Virus record (IMG/VR): IMGVR_UViG_3300025120_014869
Span: 14,261 to 78,260 of that record
DNA length: 64,000 nucleotides
Origin: a virus
Strand: one strand, 5' to 3'
The translations under genes and the position numbers were made by a program. Below, in pieces: positions 37,159 through 47,616 of the stretch (position 1 is the stretch's first letter; the number at the start of each line of letters is the position of its first letter). Under the pieces are notes generated by a model, which did not search any database, was not told where the DNA came from, and was given only the letters and a program-made list of their open reading frames with translations.

Positions 37159-37943
37159 TAGTAATCACCGTAGACATCGTTATCATTGACATCCATATCA
37201 AAGACCTCTTTCTTACTAACTTCGTCTATAATATATTCACTATAACCGTCTTTCTTAGTTTCAGTTTGAGGGTTAGCACCTCCACTTAATCTACCAGCTT
37301 CTTTATCTTCATATACTTGCTGATTACCGTTTATACCTTCTCCTGCATCATTGAAAGGTATATTAGGTTCAAAACTAAAGTCTAATCGTTTTGCTTTTAG
37401 TAAAAATACATAATGACCACCAAGTGTATTTATCTGAGATATATCTTGATCTAATTTTTCAGTTATTTCAAAATACTTAGCTTGTCTATTACTTGGTCTA
37501 TCATCACCATATTCTGATAATTGAAATATATCACCAGCTTTGGGTTCAATTACATCAAATTGAGTACCATAAACACCGCTTAAAGTAAAGAATGAATCAT
37601 GGAAACTAGATATATGAACATATGCAGTAATATCATCATCACTTTCAAACCCAAATTTACTTAAATTAACTGCATTTTCATTTAAAGTAGCTGCTATTAC
37701 TAAATCTCTAGGCTCGGTAAAGGTCTTAGTAGTCTGTTCTCCGTAAAAATTATCAGCACTTAGTACATTATACGTATTTACAAAGTATTTAGTTTTAGTA
37801 CCGAATTGATTAATTTGTTCTCTCCACCAATTACTAAAAAGTAACCTTTCACTATGTTGTATTGACTTATCTGAAAATCTATAAGCAGTGTCATCACTCT
37901 GAACTAACCCAGGGTATTCATTGTTATAGTTTATATTACTCAT
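37155..37943 (-). CDS. gp14: Neck protein, gp14-like
   Basis: EQINQFG...Y...DNFYGE...LSKFGFESDD......PKAGD...YFEIT...HYVFLL. Confidence 0.75.
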   Translation of the reverse strand: MSNINYNNEYPGLVQSDDTAYRFSDKSIQHSERLLFSNWWREQINQFGTKTKYFVNTYNVLSADNFYGEQTTKTFTEPRDLVIAATLNENAVNLSKFGFESDDDITAYVHISSFHDSFFTLSGVYGTQFDVIEPKAGDIFQLSEYGDDRPSNRQAKYFEITEKLDQDISQINTLGGHYVFLLKAKRLDFSFEPNIPFNDAGEGINGNQQVYEDKEAGRLSGGANPQTETKKDGYSEYIIDEVSKKEVFDMDVNDNDVYGDYY

Positions 37944-38248
37944 TTTTCGATTACAAATTTACCTATATTATCATCAAAGTATAGACTTATACCAGTACTA
38001 CCTAATTTTTTAGTTTCACCTTTATAAGGTATAACTTTATATTCATCTCTTATATATGTTAAGTCTCTCCCATCACATATCTTTTTACCTTTACCATTAC
38101 GAAGTGATTCTATCTTATTATTTTTAGTAGGGTCTGATTTAACGTAATCAGGTACTAAATTAAGATGTTTTCTTCTATAGTTTTTATCGTGGTCGGTATA
38201 ACCTCTACGATGTCTATGGTTGGTAAAAAATTTAGAAAATGTATCCAT
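37940..38248 (-). CDS. Basic late protein
   Basis: MDTFSKFF leader, TAAATA-N6-ATG. Confidence 0.65.
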   Translation of the reverse strand: MDTFSKFFTNHRHRRGYTDHDKNYRRKHLNLVPDYVKSDPTKNNKIESLRNGKGKKICDGRDLTYIRDEYKVIPYKGETKKLGSTGISLYFDDNIGKFVIEK

Positions 38249-38263
38249 CAATATTATTTAAGC

Positions 38264-38291
38264 AAAAAAAAAGCTGGTCGAAACCAGCTTT
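38264..38291 (-). terminator. Rho-independent terminator with UUCG loop
   Basis: Minus strand aaagctggt-ttcg-accagcttt followed by T run. Confidence 0.85.
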
Positions 38292-38312
38292 AATTTTCTT
38301 TAATTTTTTAAA

Positions 38313-39239
38313 TTAGTTAGATTGGTAATAATCTTCACCTGCACTATAAGCTACTTTATTAGATCCTGGTGATACTTTAGAAAGACCTGAATCTTTTTGA
38401 TTTACTAATGGATGACCTTCGTCGTTCACTGAATAACTAGTAATTTTTGGCTTTGAATTTTTACCGCCTTTACCTTTTTTAGCTTTAGATGATACTACGC
38501 TTTTGACTTGATTTGAACCACCTGTTACTGAAGTAGGATTACCACGTTTTTGATTTACTAATGGATGACCTTCATCAGTAGCATCAACTGCTTCTTTATG
38601 AGTCTCATCTTCATCTTCATCTTCACCGTCTTCTTCGTCTTCTTCCATTTCATAATGTTCACCATCTTCATGTTCCATGTCTTCATGCTCCATGTCTTCT
38701 GCTTCAGGATCTTCATCACCAATAGCTGCTTGTAAAATATCGCAAAGCTGTTTCGCCATATCTTTGTTTAATGTTACCGTAATTTCATCAGAGCCCTCAT
38801 CATCTCCACCCTCTTCGGTATCTACTCCTAGAGCTTCTAATTCTTGTTGTTCTTCATCAGACATTACATTTTCAAAAAGTTTGTCAAAAGTTGATTTCAT
38901 ATAATTATTTATAGACTCTTTAACCTTTTTTCCAATTTTTTTATCATAATTTTCAGAAGAGTAAATTTTTGGCTCGTATGCATTTTCTTTTTTACTCTTT
39001 TTAGGGTCGATAGGTTCATGAATACCTTCAACTTGATCTGTTTCAGTAGTTTCTTTATTCTGCATATCTTGTGCTTGTTTACTATTCAACTCAACTGGTC
39101 CTTTACCAACTGTATTGCCCGGTAAACCACCTTTCATGTTTCCAGATTTAGCAGCCTTTTCACGAGCTGAAGATTTTTCAGATATAATGTTATCATTATA
39201 TGTATTCCATATTTCGGTTAGAGTATTTACACGAGTCAT
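38313..39239 (-). CDS. Acidic/basic late protein (putative prohead core/scaffold-like) with nested internal start
   Basis: Start reassigned to MTRVNTL (ATG 39239, TATAAATA-N5); long D/E tracts; own terminator. Confidence 0.7.
   Translation of the reverse strand: MTRVNTLTEIWNTYNDNIISEKSSAREKAAKSGNMKGGLPGNTVGKGPVELNSKQAQDMQNKETTETDQVEGIHEPIDPKKSKKENAYEPKIYSSENYDKKIGKKVKESINNYMKSTFDKLFENVMSDEEQQELEALGVDTEEGGDDEGSDEITVTLNKDMAKQLCDILQAAIGDEDPEAEDMEHEDMEHEDGEHYEMEEDEEDGEDEDEDETHKEAVDATDEGHPLVNQKRGNPTSVTGGSNQVKSVVSSKAKKGKGGKNSKPKITSYSVNDEGHPLVNQKDSGLSKVSPGSNKVAYSAGEDYYQSN
38394..38573. repeat. 27-bp direct repeat (EGHPLVNQK twice)
   Basis: tttttgatttactaatggatgaccttc at 38394-38420 and 38547-38573. 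Confidence 0.85.
38906..38913 (-). promoter_or_regulatory. Intragenic late promoter
   Basis: TATAAATA followed 5 nt later by in-frame ATG (38900). Confidence 0.65.
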
Positions 39240-39240
39240 G

Positions 39241-39252
39241 TAAATATTTATA
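39241..39252. promoter_or_regulatory. Overlapping divergent late promoters
   Basis: TAAATATTTA palindrome between ATG 39239(-) and terminase ATG 39258(+). Confidence 0.65.
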
Positions 39253-39257
39253 AGGAC

Positions 39258-40943
39258 ATGGCCAAAGATAAACAAAACTATATGAATAACCCTAATCTAC
39301 CTACAGTAGGGGCTGAATTTCAATATACACCAGAGATGGTTCAAGAGTTAAAAAAATGTGATAAAAACATTTTACATTTTGCAGAAAATTATTTCCATAT
39401 TATTTCATTAGATGAAGGTAAGCAAAATATAAAATTACACTTATGTCAGAAAAGAGCTTTACGTAAAATGCGTGATAATCGCTTCTTTATATTACTAGCA
39501 AGTAGACAGATAGGTAAAACTACTATGATGACAATATATGCTTTATGGGTAGCATGTTTTAACCCTGATCAAAGAATATTAATAGTAGCTAATAAAGAAG
39601 GCACTGCTATCGAGATAATGAGTAGAATTAGACTAGCTTATGAAGAATTACCAAATTGGTTGAAACCTGGAGTTAAAGAATATGGTAAAACTTCAGTAGT
39701 TTTAGCAAATGGTACAAAAATAGGTATATCAACTACTACAGGTACTGCAGCTCGTGGTCAATCAGTTAATTGCTTAATATTAGATGAGCTTGCTTTTATT
39801 GAACCACATTTAGTAGAAGATTTCTGGAAATCAGTATATCCAATTATTTCATCATCTAAAAAATCTAAAATTTTTATAGCTTCAACAGCTAACGGTACAG
39901 ATAATTTATTTTATAGTTTATATAGCGGAGCTGAAAATGGTGAAAATGGATGGGCTAGTGATAAAATATTATGGAATGAAGTACCAGGGAGAAATGAAAG
40001 ATGGAAACAAGAAACTATAAGTAGTATAGGTAGTCAAGAAGCTTTTCAGCAAGAATTTAACTGCGAATTTATAAGCAGTGGTGAAGCTTCATTAGATGAT
40101 GAGTTATTTGAAAGGTTATCTACACAAGTATGCGAACCAAAATATGTCTTTGATGATGGTAAGTACTTATTATGGGATCAACCTAAAGAAGATCGTATAT
40201 ATATAGCAAGTGTTGATACATCTGAAGGATTAGGTAAAGATGCTTCAGTAGTACAAATATTAGATTATACTGATCTTACTAGAATCAATCAAGTTGCTGT
40301 ATATTATAACAATGAAATATCACCTTATAACTTTACTATTAAGGTCCACGAAATATTACAACACTGGGGTAACCCATTAGTATGTATAGAACGTAACAAC
40401 AGTGGTAGCCAAGTAGTTGATATACTTAAAAATACGCATGATTATGAAAATATAATTTCTTGGGGATCTTCTACAGCTAATAGAAATAAAAGTCAATTAG
40501 GTATCGTATCACATACTAATACAAAGTATAGAGGTGTAACAAATATGAGATATTGGATAAATGAAGTGGAAGCAGTTCAGATAAATGACATTAGATTAGT
40601 TAAAGAGTTAAAAACCTATGTAAAAGCTGCTAACGGTACATGGAATGCACGTAAAGGTTATCATGATGATTTAGTCACCTCATTAATGTGGAACTTAATT
40701 GCACTAATTGATGATATAGTTGACAAATATTTTGAAGTTACAAAAAAAGATGCTAATAATAGGCCATTAGAGCTTCAACAATTCGATTATGGTATTAAAT
40801 ATTTTATGGACCCTACTTCTTTATATACTAATGAAAAGCAAGGGGCCAGCAACACATTGCCTATTATTATAGGTAATGCTCAACAAACACAAAGTGAAAT
40901 GGAACAATTAATGCAACAAGGATATAAACCATGGCAGTCGTAA
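39258..40943 (+). CDS. gp17: Terminase large subunit gp17
   Basis: YMNNPNL, SRQIGKTT, LILDELAF, ASTANG, FQQEF.CEF, VDTSEG, ERNN, HDDLV. Confidence 0.95.
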   Translation: MAKDKQNYMNNPNLPTVGAEFQYTPEMVQELKKCDKNILHFAENYFHIISLDEGKQNIKLHLCQKRALRKMRDNRFFILLASRQIGKTTMMTIYALWVACFNPDQRILIVANKEGTAIEIMSRIRLAYEELPNWLKPGVKEYGKTSVVLANGTKIGISTTTGTAARGQSVNCLILDELAFIEPHLVEDFWKSVYPIISSSKKSKIFIASTANGTDNLFYSLYSGAENGENGWASDKILWNEVPGRNERWKQETISSIGSQEAFQQEFNCEFISSGEASLDDELFERLSTQVCEPKYVFDDGKYLLWDQPKEDRIYIASVDTSEGLGKDASVVQILDYTDLTRINQVAVYYNNEISPYNFTIKVHEILQHWGNPLVCIERNNSGSQVVDILKNTHDYENIISWGSSTANRNKSQLGIVSHTNTKYRGVTNMRYWINEVEAVQINDIRLVKELKTYVKAANGTWNARKGYHDDLVTSLMWNLIALIDDIVDKYFEVTKKDANNRPLELQQFDYGIKYFMDPTSLYTNEKQGASNTLPIIIGNAQQTQSEMEQLMQQGYKPWQS

Positions 40944-41545
40944 ATCAATCTCAACTTAATAAAAGTAGATTAGATAAATTTCTACTTGTGTTAAATCTAC
41001 CTACTTCACTTAAAAAAATCTCTGATAGTTATCTTGGTAGTAGAAAAAATACCGGTATCATAGAAGATAGTTTACAATTTTCAGTATACGGAGCTATAGT
41101 ACCTCAAGTACAAGTTCCTGAGATATCTCAAGGTTATGCTGGTCAGTTTTATAAAGTTTCATCTAATAATAGACCAGCTTATGAAAATGTTACAGTTAAT
41201 TTTACTATTGATAATGAATTTAACAATTATTGGCTATTATATAAGTGGTTGGATTTATTAAATGATGATAATTTATCTCAATTTAATGGTAAAGATGTTA
41301 TAGATACACCTAACGTACCTTCAAGTCAGAGAAATAAAAGTAAATCTTTAACCCCTCCTGAATTATATCAAACTGACATAACTTTATACGCTAAAGATGA
41401 ATTTGATAAAAATAAAGTAAAATTTACATACACTAAAGCGTTTCCCGTATCACTTGGTAGTATTGATTACAATTATCGACAAACGGGAGAGATTGAAACA
41501 ACATTTGAGTTTGCTTTTTCACAATTACTAGTAGAATTGGTATAA
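40931..41545 (+). CDS. Tail completion / tube terminator protein, gp3-like
   Basis: VNFTIDNEFNNY..LYKWL...DITL...FTYTKAFPVSLGSIDY. Confidence 0.7.
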   Translation: MAVVNQSQLNKSRLDKFLLVLNLPTSLKKISDSYLGSRKNTGIIEDSLQFSVYGAIVPQVQVPEISQGYAGQFYKVSSNNRPAYENVTVNFTIDNEFNNYWLLYKWLDLLNDDNLSQFNGKDVIDTPNVPSSQRNKSKSLTPPELYQTDITLYAKDEFDKNKVKFTYTKAFPVSLGSIDYNYRQTGEIETTFEFAFSQLLVELV

Positions 41546-41576
41546 TTTTTATTGCGAAGACAATAAATAATAATAT

Positions 41577-43994
41577 ATGGCTAGAACAATACAATCTCCC
41601 GGTGTAGAAATAAAAGAAATAGATCAAAGTTTGCGACCAGTCTTACCAGCTGGAACTAACGTATTAGTTGCAGGATTTACAGATCAAGGCCCTTCAGACG
41701 AGGTAATCCAGGTTACAAGTCAGAGTGAGTTCGAACAAATTTATGGCATACCCAAAACTCCAGCAGAGAGATATTTTTATCATAGTGTAAGACCACTATT
41801 TCAGTCTCCTGCTAACATTCAAACATATCGCTTACCTTATGGCGATGATAAAGGTAGAGGATTTGGAAATAAATATTCCGCTTTAGTATACACTGCAAGT
41901 GCTTATGATATGTCTAATATTGGTACAAGACAATTCGGTACTACGATGGAGACTTATAATGAGCAGGAGACAGATGTTGCATATGTTCTTAATGCCCCGC
42001 AACATGTTGAATTGACTGAAACTCAATATAATGATATTTTACAAAAGAAGACATTTAATTGGTCAGCAAGTGCAGCAAGAGGAAGCGATGCATTTAGTGG
42101 AGATGATTTAGCAACATTAGGTAGATCAGCTTTAATTGTTCTTAATAAAGCTCAAACAACTATTAATAATAAATTTGAAGGATTTTATTTAGGTGGTATT
42201 GATAATACAAATCTTAACCCTGCTACTAATTTTGATGGTATTCAAAATGCATTTACCGTAGCAGTATCAGGAGATAAAAAATTAGTTTCAGATTATACTA
42301 AATTACCAGCAACAAGATTACAGTTTGCGTTATCAAGCGTATCTGATAATAGTACTGATACATTCGGAGTAGATGATGGTAGTGTTTCAGAGGTAATGGA
42401 AAACTTAACGCAGTTTGATATTAGTAGTGAAGATTTTAATGACACCCTTTCATTCGGTCTATTTAAATTAAGACAATCACCATTCTCACCTGATAGCATT
42501 AAATTAGATTATGTTTTATCAGAAAGTTTTGTAGGTTCTACTGATTATCATAGACAAATTCAATCAAAAGACGGTGGTGTACCAAAGAGCTTTTATTTAG
42601 ATACAGTAGAAGATGGTTCTCCTAATGTTATAGTTTTAACTAATGACTTTATTTCAAATAGAAATAGTGACGGTTATGCTGATATTAATGGTAACCCAAC
42701 AAAGATTGTTAGATTTGCATCAGGTGTTAAAAAAGCACAAGGCGATTTTGATAATAATACTGCTACATTCGGAGTAAGTAGTGAATACATTCCAAGTTAT
42801 TTCGCTGCATCAAGTGGAGTTACAGACGCTCAAATGACTAACTTAAGGAATAATTTAAATGCACAAGCAACTAATTTTCCAGCAGATTCATTATTTCCAG
42901 TAGGAGTATATTCTGATAATAAATCAGATTCTAAAAGATTAGGTTCTATACCTGGTAAATTAGATAGATTATTTGACAGTGTAGAAAATGTAGATTTATT
43001 TGATATTGATCTTACAATTGATGGTGGTATTTCAACAATACATGCAATGAAAGAATTGAATAATGATGAATTTGACGATCTTATATCAGTCGATTCTACA
43101 ATGCAAGGTTTTTATACATCAGATATTATTAATGGGTTATCAGATAGTGCTAAGACATTTAGATCTAATTGGAAAACAATCTTTGATAGATTTTCTGATT
43201 TTGCTGAAAAGCGTAGAAAAGATCATATGTTTATTTCTGACTTACCGAGACCATTATTCCTACAAGGTAAAAGTAATTTAACTTTAAATGATGCAAGTAA
43301 GAATTTCTCATTAAACGTTCTTAAACCAATCCAAGCTCATACAAGTGTTGTTAATACAAGTTATGCAACAACGTATGGTCAGTGGGTGCAGATTTATGAT
43401 TCATATTTAGATGATCAGTTCTACGCACCGTTCTCAGGGTTTGCAGCAGCTTCAATGGCAAATACAGATGCTAATTTCCAACCTTGGTTTGCACCAGCAG
43501 GATTTACAAGAGGGATTGTTACAGGTGTTAATGATTTAGCATTATATCCAAAACAAAAACAAAGAGATCAGTTATATAAGATTTCAGTTAATCCAGTTGC
43601 GTTCTTCCCGAATGAAGGGTTTGTAATGTTTGGTCAAAAGACTTTACTTAAGAAACCAAGTGCATTTGATAGAATTAATGTAAGACGTTTATTCTTGAAT
43701 CTTGAAAAAGCAGTTAGACAGACAGTTAAGTTCTTCGTATTTGAACCTAATACATTGCTAACAAGAACAAGAGTTATCAATACCATTAATCCTATTTTTG
43801 CAAATGCTAAGAATACTGAAGGAGTTTTCGATTATTTGTTAGTTTGTGATGAGAGAAATAATACACCAAATGTTATTGATCAGAACGAATTGGTGGTAGA
43901 CATCTACTTAAAACCAGTTAGAGCGGCAGAATTTATATTAGTTAACTTTTATGCTACCAGAACAGGTACAGACTTTAATGAATTAGTTGGTTAA
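41577..43994 (+). CDS. gp18: Tail sheath protein gp18
   Basis: SPGVEIKEID, PWFAPAGFTRG, GQKTL...SAFDRINVRRLF, FEPN, IYLKPVRAAEFI. Confidence 0.96.
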   Translation: MARTIQSPGVEIKEIDQSLRPVLPAGTNVLVAGFTDQGPSDEVIQVTSQSEFEQIYGIPKTPAERYFYHSVRPLFQSPANIQTYRLPYGDDKGRGFGNKYSALVYTASAYDMSNIGTRQFGTTMETYNEQETDVAYVLNAPQHVELTETQYNDILQKKTFNWSASAARGSDAFSGDDLATLGRSALIVLNKAQTTINNKFEGFYLGGIDNTNLNPATNFDGIQNAFTVAVSGDKKLVSDYTKLPATRLQFALSSVSDNSTDTFGVDDGSVSEVMENLTQFDISSEDFNDTLSFGLFKLRQSPFSPDSIKLDYVLSESFVGSTDYHRQIQSKDGGVPKSFYLDTVEDGSPNVIVLTNDFISNRNSDGYADINGNPTKIVRFASGVKKAQGDFDNNTATFGVSSEYIPSYFAASSGVTDAQMTNLRNNLNAQATNFPADSLFPVGVYSDNKSDSKRLGSIPGKLDRLFDSVENVDLFDIDLTIDGGISTIHAMKELNNDEFDDLISVDSTMQGFYTSDIINGLSDSAKTFRSNWKTIFDRFSDFAEKRRKDHMFISDLPRPLFLQGKSNLTLNDASKNFSLNVLKPIQAHTSVVNTSYATTYGQWVQIYDSYLDDQFYAPFSGFAAASMANTDANFQPWFAPAGFTRGIVTGVNDLALYPKQKQRDQLYKISVNPVAFFPNEGFVMFGQKTLLKKPSAFDRINVRRLFLNLEKAVRQTVKFFVFEPNTLLTRTRVINTINPIFANAKNTEGVFDYLLVCDERNNTPNVIDQNELVVDIYLKPVRAAEFILVNFYATRTGTDFNELVG

Positions 43995-44019
43995 TATATA
44001 CCTATAATTAAATAATAAT

Positions 44020-44613
44020 ATGGCAGACAGTAAATTAACAGACTTACCAGAAGTAACAACGATTGCAGATAATGATGTATTGTATCTAGCTAATGTATCA
44101 TTAAATCAATCGAATAAAATAACTTATGCAAATTTAATTAATAATAAATTTGTTGTTTTAAATACAGCATTTGAAGCGGTAAGTGCTAGTGTTGATACTT
44201 TAAATTCACAATTCCCAGCTATTAGAAATGAAGTATTAGCTCAAACAGCAAGAGAAGGTTTCTTTACTATGGGTGGTGCTGTATTGAATAATACTAATTT
44301 TAGTAGTAGTGCAGTATTTGTATCTACATTTTCATTTGTACCTTACGGAGCAAATGGTACTGATGTAGCAGCTAATGTATTATCTGCAACTTTACCATCG
44401 CAGTTTTCTCCAGGAGATATATTAACACCATCCTACTTAGGACATGGAGATTATACTCATTTGAGTGGTGTTGAAATGACTGCAGTACCTTTAAGTAGTA
44501 ATGCACTTACACTTATAGTTAAAAATAATACAGGTAAAACACTTCAATTATCAGGGGACGGTGCTGGTACCGATACTCTATATTTTAAAGTTGATTATAA
44601 TAGATCAACATAA
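44020..44613 (+). CDS. Putative fibre/decoration protein
   Basis: MADSKLTDLP...D.LY...KITYANL fibre-type N-terminus, short coil, beta-rich C-terminus; late promoter. Confidence 0.5.
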   Translation: MADSKLTDLPEVTTIADNDVLYLANVSLNQSNKITYANLINNKFVVLNTAFEAVSASVDTLNSQFPAIRNEVLAQTAREGFFTMGGAVLNNTNFSSSAVFVSTFSFVPYGANGTDVAANVLSATLPSQFSPGDILTPSYLGHGDYTHLSGVEMTAVPLSSNALTLIVKNNTGKTLQLSGDGAGTDTLYFKVDYNRST

Positions 44614-44634
44614 TAAAAAAGATTAAATAATTAC

Positions 44635-45180
44635 ATGGCAGATACATCACAGACAATTCAAGGGTTTTATACAGCAGCACAATCAAAAGATTTTGCTAGA
44701 AATAATCTTTTTAGAGTATTGAATATTAATTTTGGTAGTGGTTCATCGGTTTCATTTGATGAAAGTGATTTGGTATATGCTACTACTGCAACGTTACCAG
44801 GTAAATCAATTACTAACGTACAAGCACCTTATATGGGATTAAATTTTAACGTTCCAGGTGTTGTTCAGTATGACGGAAGTGATAGTTATTCAATTACATT
44901 TAGAAGTGATGAATCATATGATTTAAGAAATAAATTCTTACAAGCTATTAATGATACTTTTGATGATTCAGATAGTACAGGTAATTATTTTATGCCAACT
45001 GAAGAAGCAGTTCTTGATTTAGTTCTTTTAGATAAGGAACTTAATAAAGTTGATCAATATCAATTAGTTGGTATATACCCTAAGAGCGTAAGTGCTCCAT
45101 CTTATGATGCTACAGCTACAGGCGATATAGTAACGTTTGATGCAGCTATATCATACCATTATTTTAGGAAAACATCTTAA
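44635..45180 (+). CDS. gp19: Tail tube protein gp19
   Basis: ARNNLFRV, ATLPG, PYMG...VPG, QYQLVGIYP, YHYF; follows sheath. Confidence 0.85.
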   Translation: MADTSQTIQGFYTAAQSKDFARNNLFRVLNINFGSGSSVSFDESDLVYATTATLPGKSITNVQAPYMGLNFNVPGVVQYDGSDSYSITFRSDESYDLRNKFLQAINDTFDDSDSTGNYFMPTEEAVLDLVLLDKELNKVDQYQLVGIYPKSVSAPSYDATATGDIVTFDAAISYHYFRKTS

Positions 45181-45187
45181 TTTAAAC

Positions 45188-45210
45188 AAACCGTACTAGG
45201 TACGGTTTTT
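45188..45210 (+). terminator. Rho-independent terminator after tail tube gene
   Basis: aaaccgtac-tag-gtacggttttt. Confidence 0.7.
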
Positions 45211-45230
45211 CTATGCATAAATATAATTAG

Positions 45231-46079
45231 ATGTCTATATTAAATTCTATTAATAATGCTATACAAGGAGTTTCTAATGCTACAAATTCATTAGTCGGTG
45301 GTTCAGTAGCTCAACCAGGTTTATCATTATTAGGTACTAATTTACCAGGTGTACCATTAATAAGTATGAGAGACCATTTTCTTAATAGTTTAGGTCAATG
45401 GTCTTCATCGATACCTTTAAATACACAATTTATAATACTTTTTGATAGATTTCCATTAGGACTTACAAATCATACCATTAAAATGTTAGAAGAGATAGAC
45501 GGTAGACAGTTTTCAGATATAACTTTAGCGAAATCAGTTACCACAAATTTAAAGAATCAAGGAATGGTAGGTTGTATATTTGCTACTGGGTTTAATGTTG
45601 GTTCAGAAACTTTAGATTCAGACGCCGCAATGATAGATAATAATAGAGGGTTCATTCAAGGTACAATTTTAAAAGATAGAGGAGCCTTTTCAGGTAATGC
45701 TTTAACTATACCATTTAGAGATACTAATACATCGTTTATTGATTTTGTAATTAGACCTTGGTTAATTATGGCAAGTCATTACGGTTATGTAGCAAGAAAT
45801 CCTAACGATTTAAGAGAAAGACTTAAAGATCCTAAATGTAATATAACTATAGTCCAGTATACAAGGAGCGAAAAAGGTTTATCTCAAATACCAAGAAAAA
45901 CTTGGCAGTTTTTCAATTGCGTTCCAACTGAAGTTGATACAAGAGATTATCAATATGCATCAGGAGAATCTGATAAAAACTTTACAACTAAATGGGTTTA
46001 TGATCATTATACAGTTAACAATAACTTGTTTATGAATATAGAAGAGTTGATTAAGTCACTCAACCCGTTTAAATTTTAA
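45231..46079 (+). CDS. Tail-tube-fold baseplate protein (gp54-like tube initiator)
   Basis: RKTWQFFNCVPTEV...FTTKWVYDHY tube-fold C-terminus; synteny. Confidence 0.55.
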   Translation: MSILNSINNAIQGVSNATNSLVGGSVAQPGLSLLGTNLPGVPLISMRDHFLNSLGQWSSSIPLNTQFIILFDRFPLGLTNHTIKMLEEIDGRQFSDITLAKSVTTNLKNQGMVGCIFATGFNVGSETLDSDAAMIDNNRGFIQGTILKDRGAFSGNALTIPFRDTNTSFIDFVIRPWLIMASHYGYVARNPNDLRERLKDPKCNITIVQYTRSEKGLSQIPRKTWQFFNCVPTEVDTRDYQYASGESDKNFTTKWVYDHYTVNNNLFMNIEELIKSLNPFKF

Positions 46080-46081
46080 TA

Positions 46082-46852
46082 ATGAATGAATATCATTATG
46101 AAGGATTTATAGTTAAAGAATTAAATTACTTCGATTATAAAAACTTAGTTAAAAAATTATTGACGACAGATATAGAAGTAATAAATGTTATTTTTAACGA
46201 GTTATTCAATAGTTGTTTAATATCTGATAAAAAATATAACGCACTTGATAAATTTAAATTAATTCTTTTTATACGTTCTTTAATATTAGGTGAAGACATA
46301 CAAATAAATTACAAAAAGAGAAATTATAATTTAGATGTAACAACTATATTAAAAGATGCTAATATATATGAGAAAGATATAGAGACTGATTGTTTTGTTT
46401 TAAATAATTTTACTAGTTTTTATATAAAAGATATTGGTGAAGAAATAATAAAAAACTTAAAAATTCTAAAAATAAACAATAAAGAAATAAATTTAGAAAA
46501 ATTTTCATTTGAAGAAAAACAAAAAATATTTAACGAAATAACTGATGTTAATATAGTAGATTTATATAACCAATCATTAAAAGATTTAAAAAATAATAAA
46601 ATAAAATTTTTAGATTTAGATATAAATCTTCATAACGGTGATCTACTAAATGTATTGAAACATATTTTCAATTACGATTTAAACAGTTTATATGATTTTG
46701 AATATAGTCTAATGAGACATCTTAATTTCACTTCTAATGAATTCAAAAATTATTCTTTTTCTGAATTAAAATTATTTCACAATAAACTCAAAGATGAGAT
46801 GAAGGAACAAAATAAAGACGATAACCCTGGTATACCTACGCAACACAAGTAA
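46082..46852 (+). CDS. Baseplate hub assembly protein (gp26/gp51-like)
   Basis: D...LILFIRSL..GE.I (gp26-like); C-terminal YSLMRHLNFTSNEFKNYSFSE (gp51-like). Confidence 0.5.
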   Translation: MNEYHYEGFIVKELNYFDYKNLVKKLLTTDIEVINVIFNELFNSCLISDKKYNALDKFKLILFIRSLILGEDIQINYKKRNYNLDVTTILKDANIYEKDIETDCFVLNNFTSFYIKDIGEEIIKNLKILKINNKEINLEKFSFEEKQKIFNEITDVNIVDLYNQSLKDLKNNKIKFLDLDINLHNGDLLNVLKHIFNYDLNSLYDFEYSLMRHLNFTSNEFKNYSFSELKLFHNKLKDEMKEQNKDDNPGIPTQHK

Positions 46853-46860
46853 ATATTAAT

Positions 46861-47595
46861 ATGAGTGAAAATTTTAATGACATATTAAATGAGGTAAAAG
46901 GGTTAAAAAAGAATTTAACCTTCTTTTCACGAGCTAATAATTTAGATTTAGAAATAAGTCCATTAAACTTGCAACAGCAGAAAATAATTATTGAAAATAG
47001 TATTCAAAGTAATTTATCTGTTTTATTCTTTAATAATTCATTTTATAATATTATTAAAGAAAACTTTGCAGGTGATATAAACACGCTTGATACTATAGAC
47101 AGAGTATCTATTTCACTATCTTTAAGACAAAAAATGTCAAATGAATATGCTTTAGATGATACAAAAGTAGATATATCAAATATTATTGATAAAAATAAAA
47201 CCCATTTATCTATAGACCCACTTGAAATAGTTACTGATAGCTTTACATTTAGAGTTAGTAAACCTTCATTAGTGTTAGATAATAAAGTTAACAAACTGCT
47301 ACTTAATAAATACAAAGGTAAAAAAATTACTGAAGATAATGTTAATAATGTAATTAGTGATTTGTATGTGTATGAAATACTTAAATTTGTTGATGAAATA
47401 ATAGTAGGAGATAAAACATTAGTTATTTCAGAAAATTTTAACAATTCTTTAAAAATTTTAAGTGAAATCGAAACAAGTGAGTTAAAAGAAATCTTTAACT
47501 ATATTAATAAAATAAGAGATATTGAGTTAAATATGACTCAAATACCTAATTCTGAAAAATATATATCTATAACACCTGACTTCTTCGTAGTATAA
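46861..47595 (+). CDS. Baseplate hub assembly protein (gp26-like)
   Basis: ISPLNLQQQK.I, LDTIDR.....LRQ, C-terminal DFF. Confidence 0.5.
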   Translation: MSENFNDILNEVKGLKKNLTFFSRANNLDLEISPLNLQQQKIIIENSIQSNLSVLFFNNSFYNIIKENFAGDINTLDTIDRVSISLSLRQKMSNEYALDDTKVDISNIIDKNKTHLSIDPLEIVTDSFTFRVSKPSLVLDNKVNKLLLNKYKGKKITEDNVNNVISDLYVYEILKFVDEIIVGDKTLVISENFNNSLKILSEIETSELKEIFNYINKIRDIELNMTQIPNSEKYISITPDFFVV

Positions 47596-47616
47596 TATTT
47601 TTTATAAATATTATTA

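Noticed and set aside
16344-40943. Inteins or introns in gp43, gp41, uvsX, gp17
   Set aside because: Proteins are of normal length with contiguous motifs
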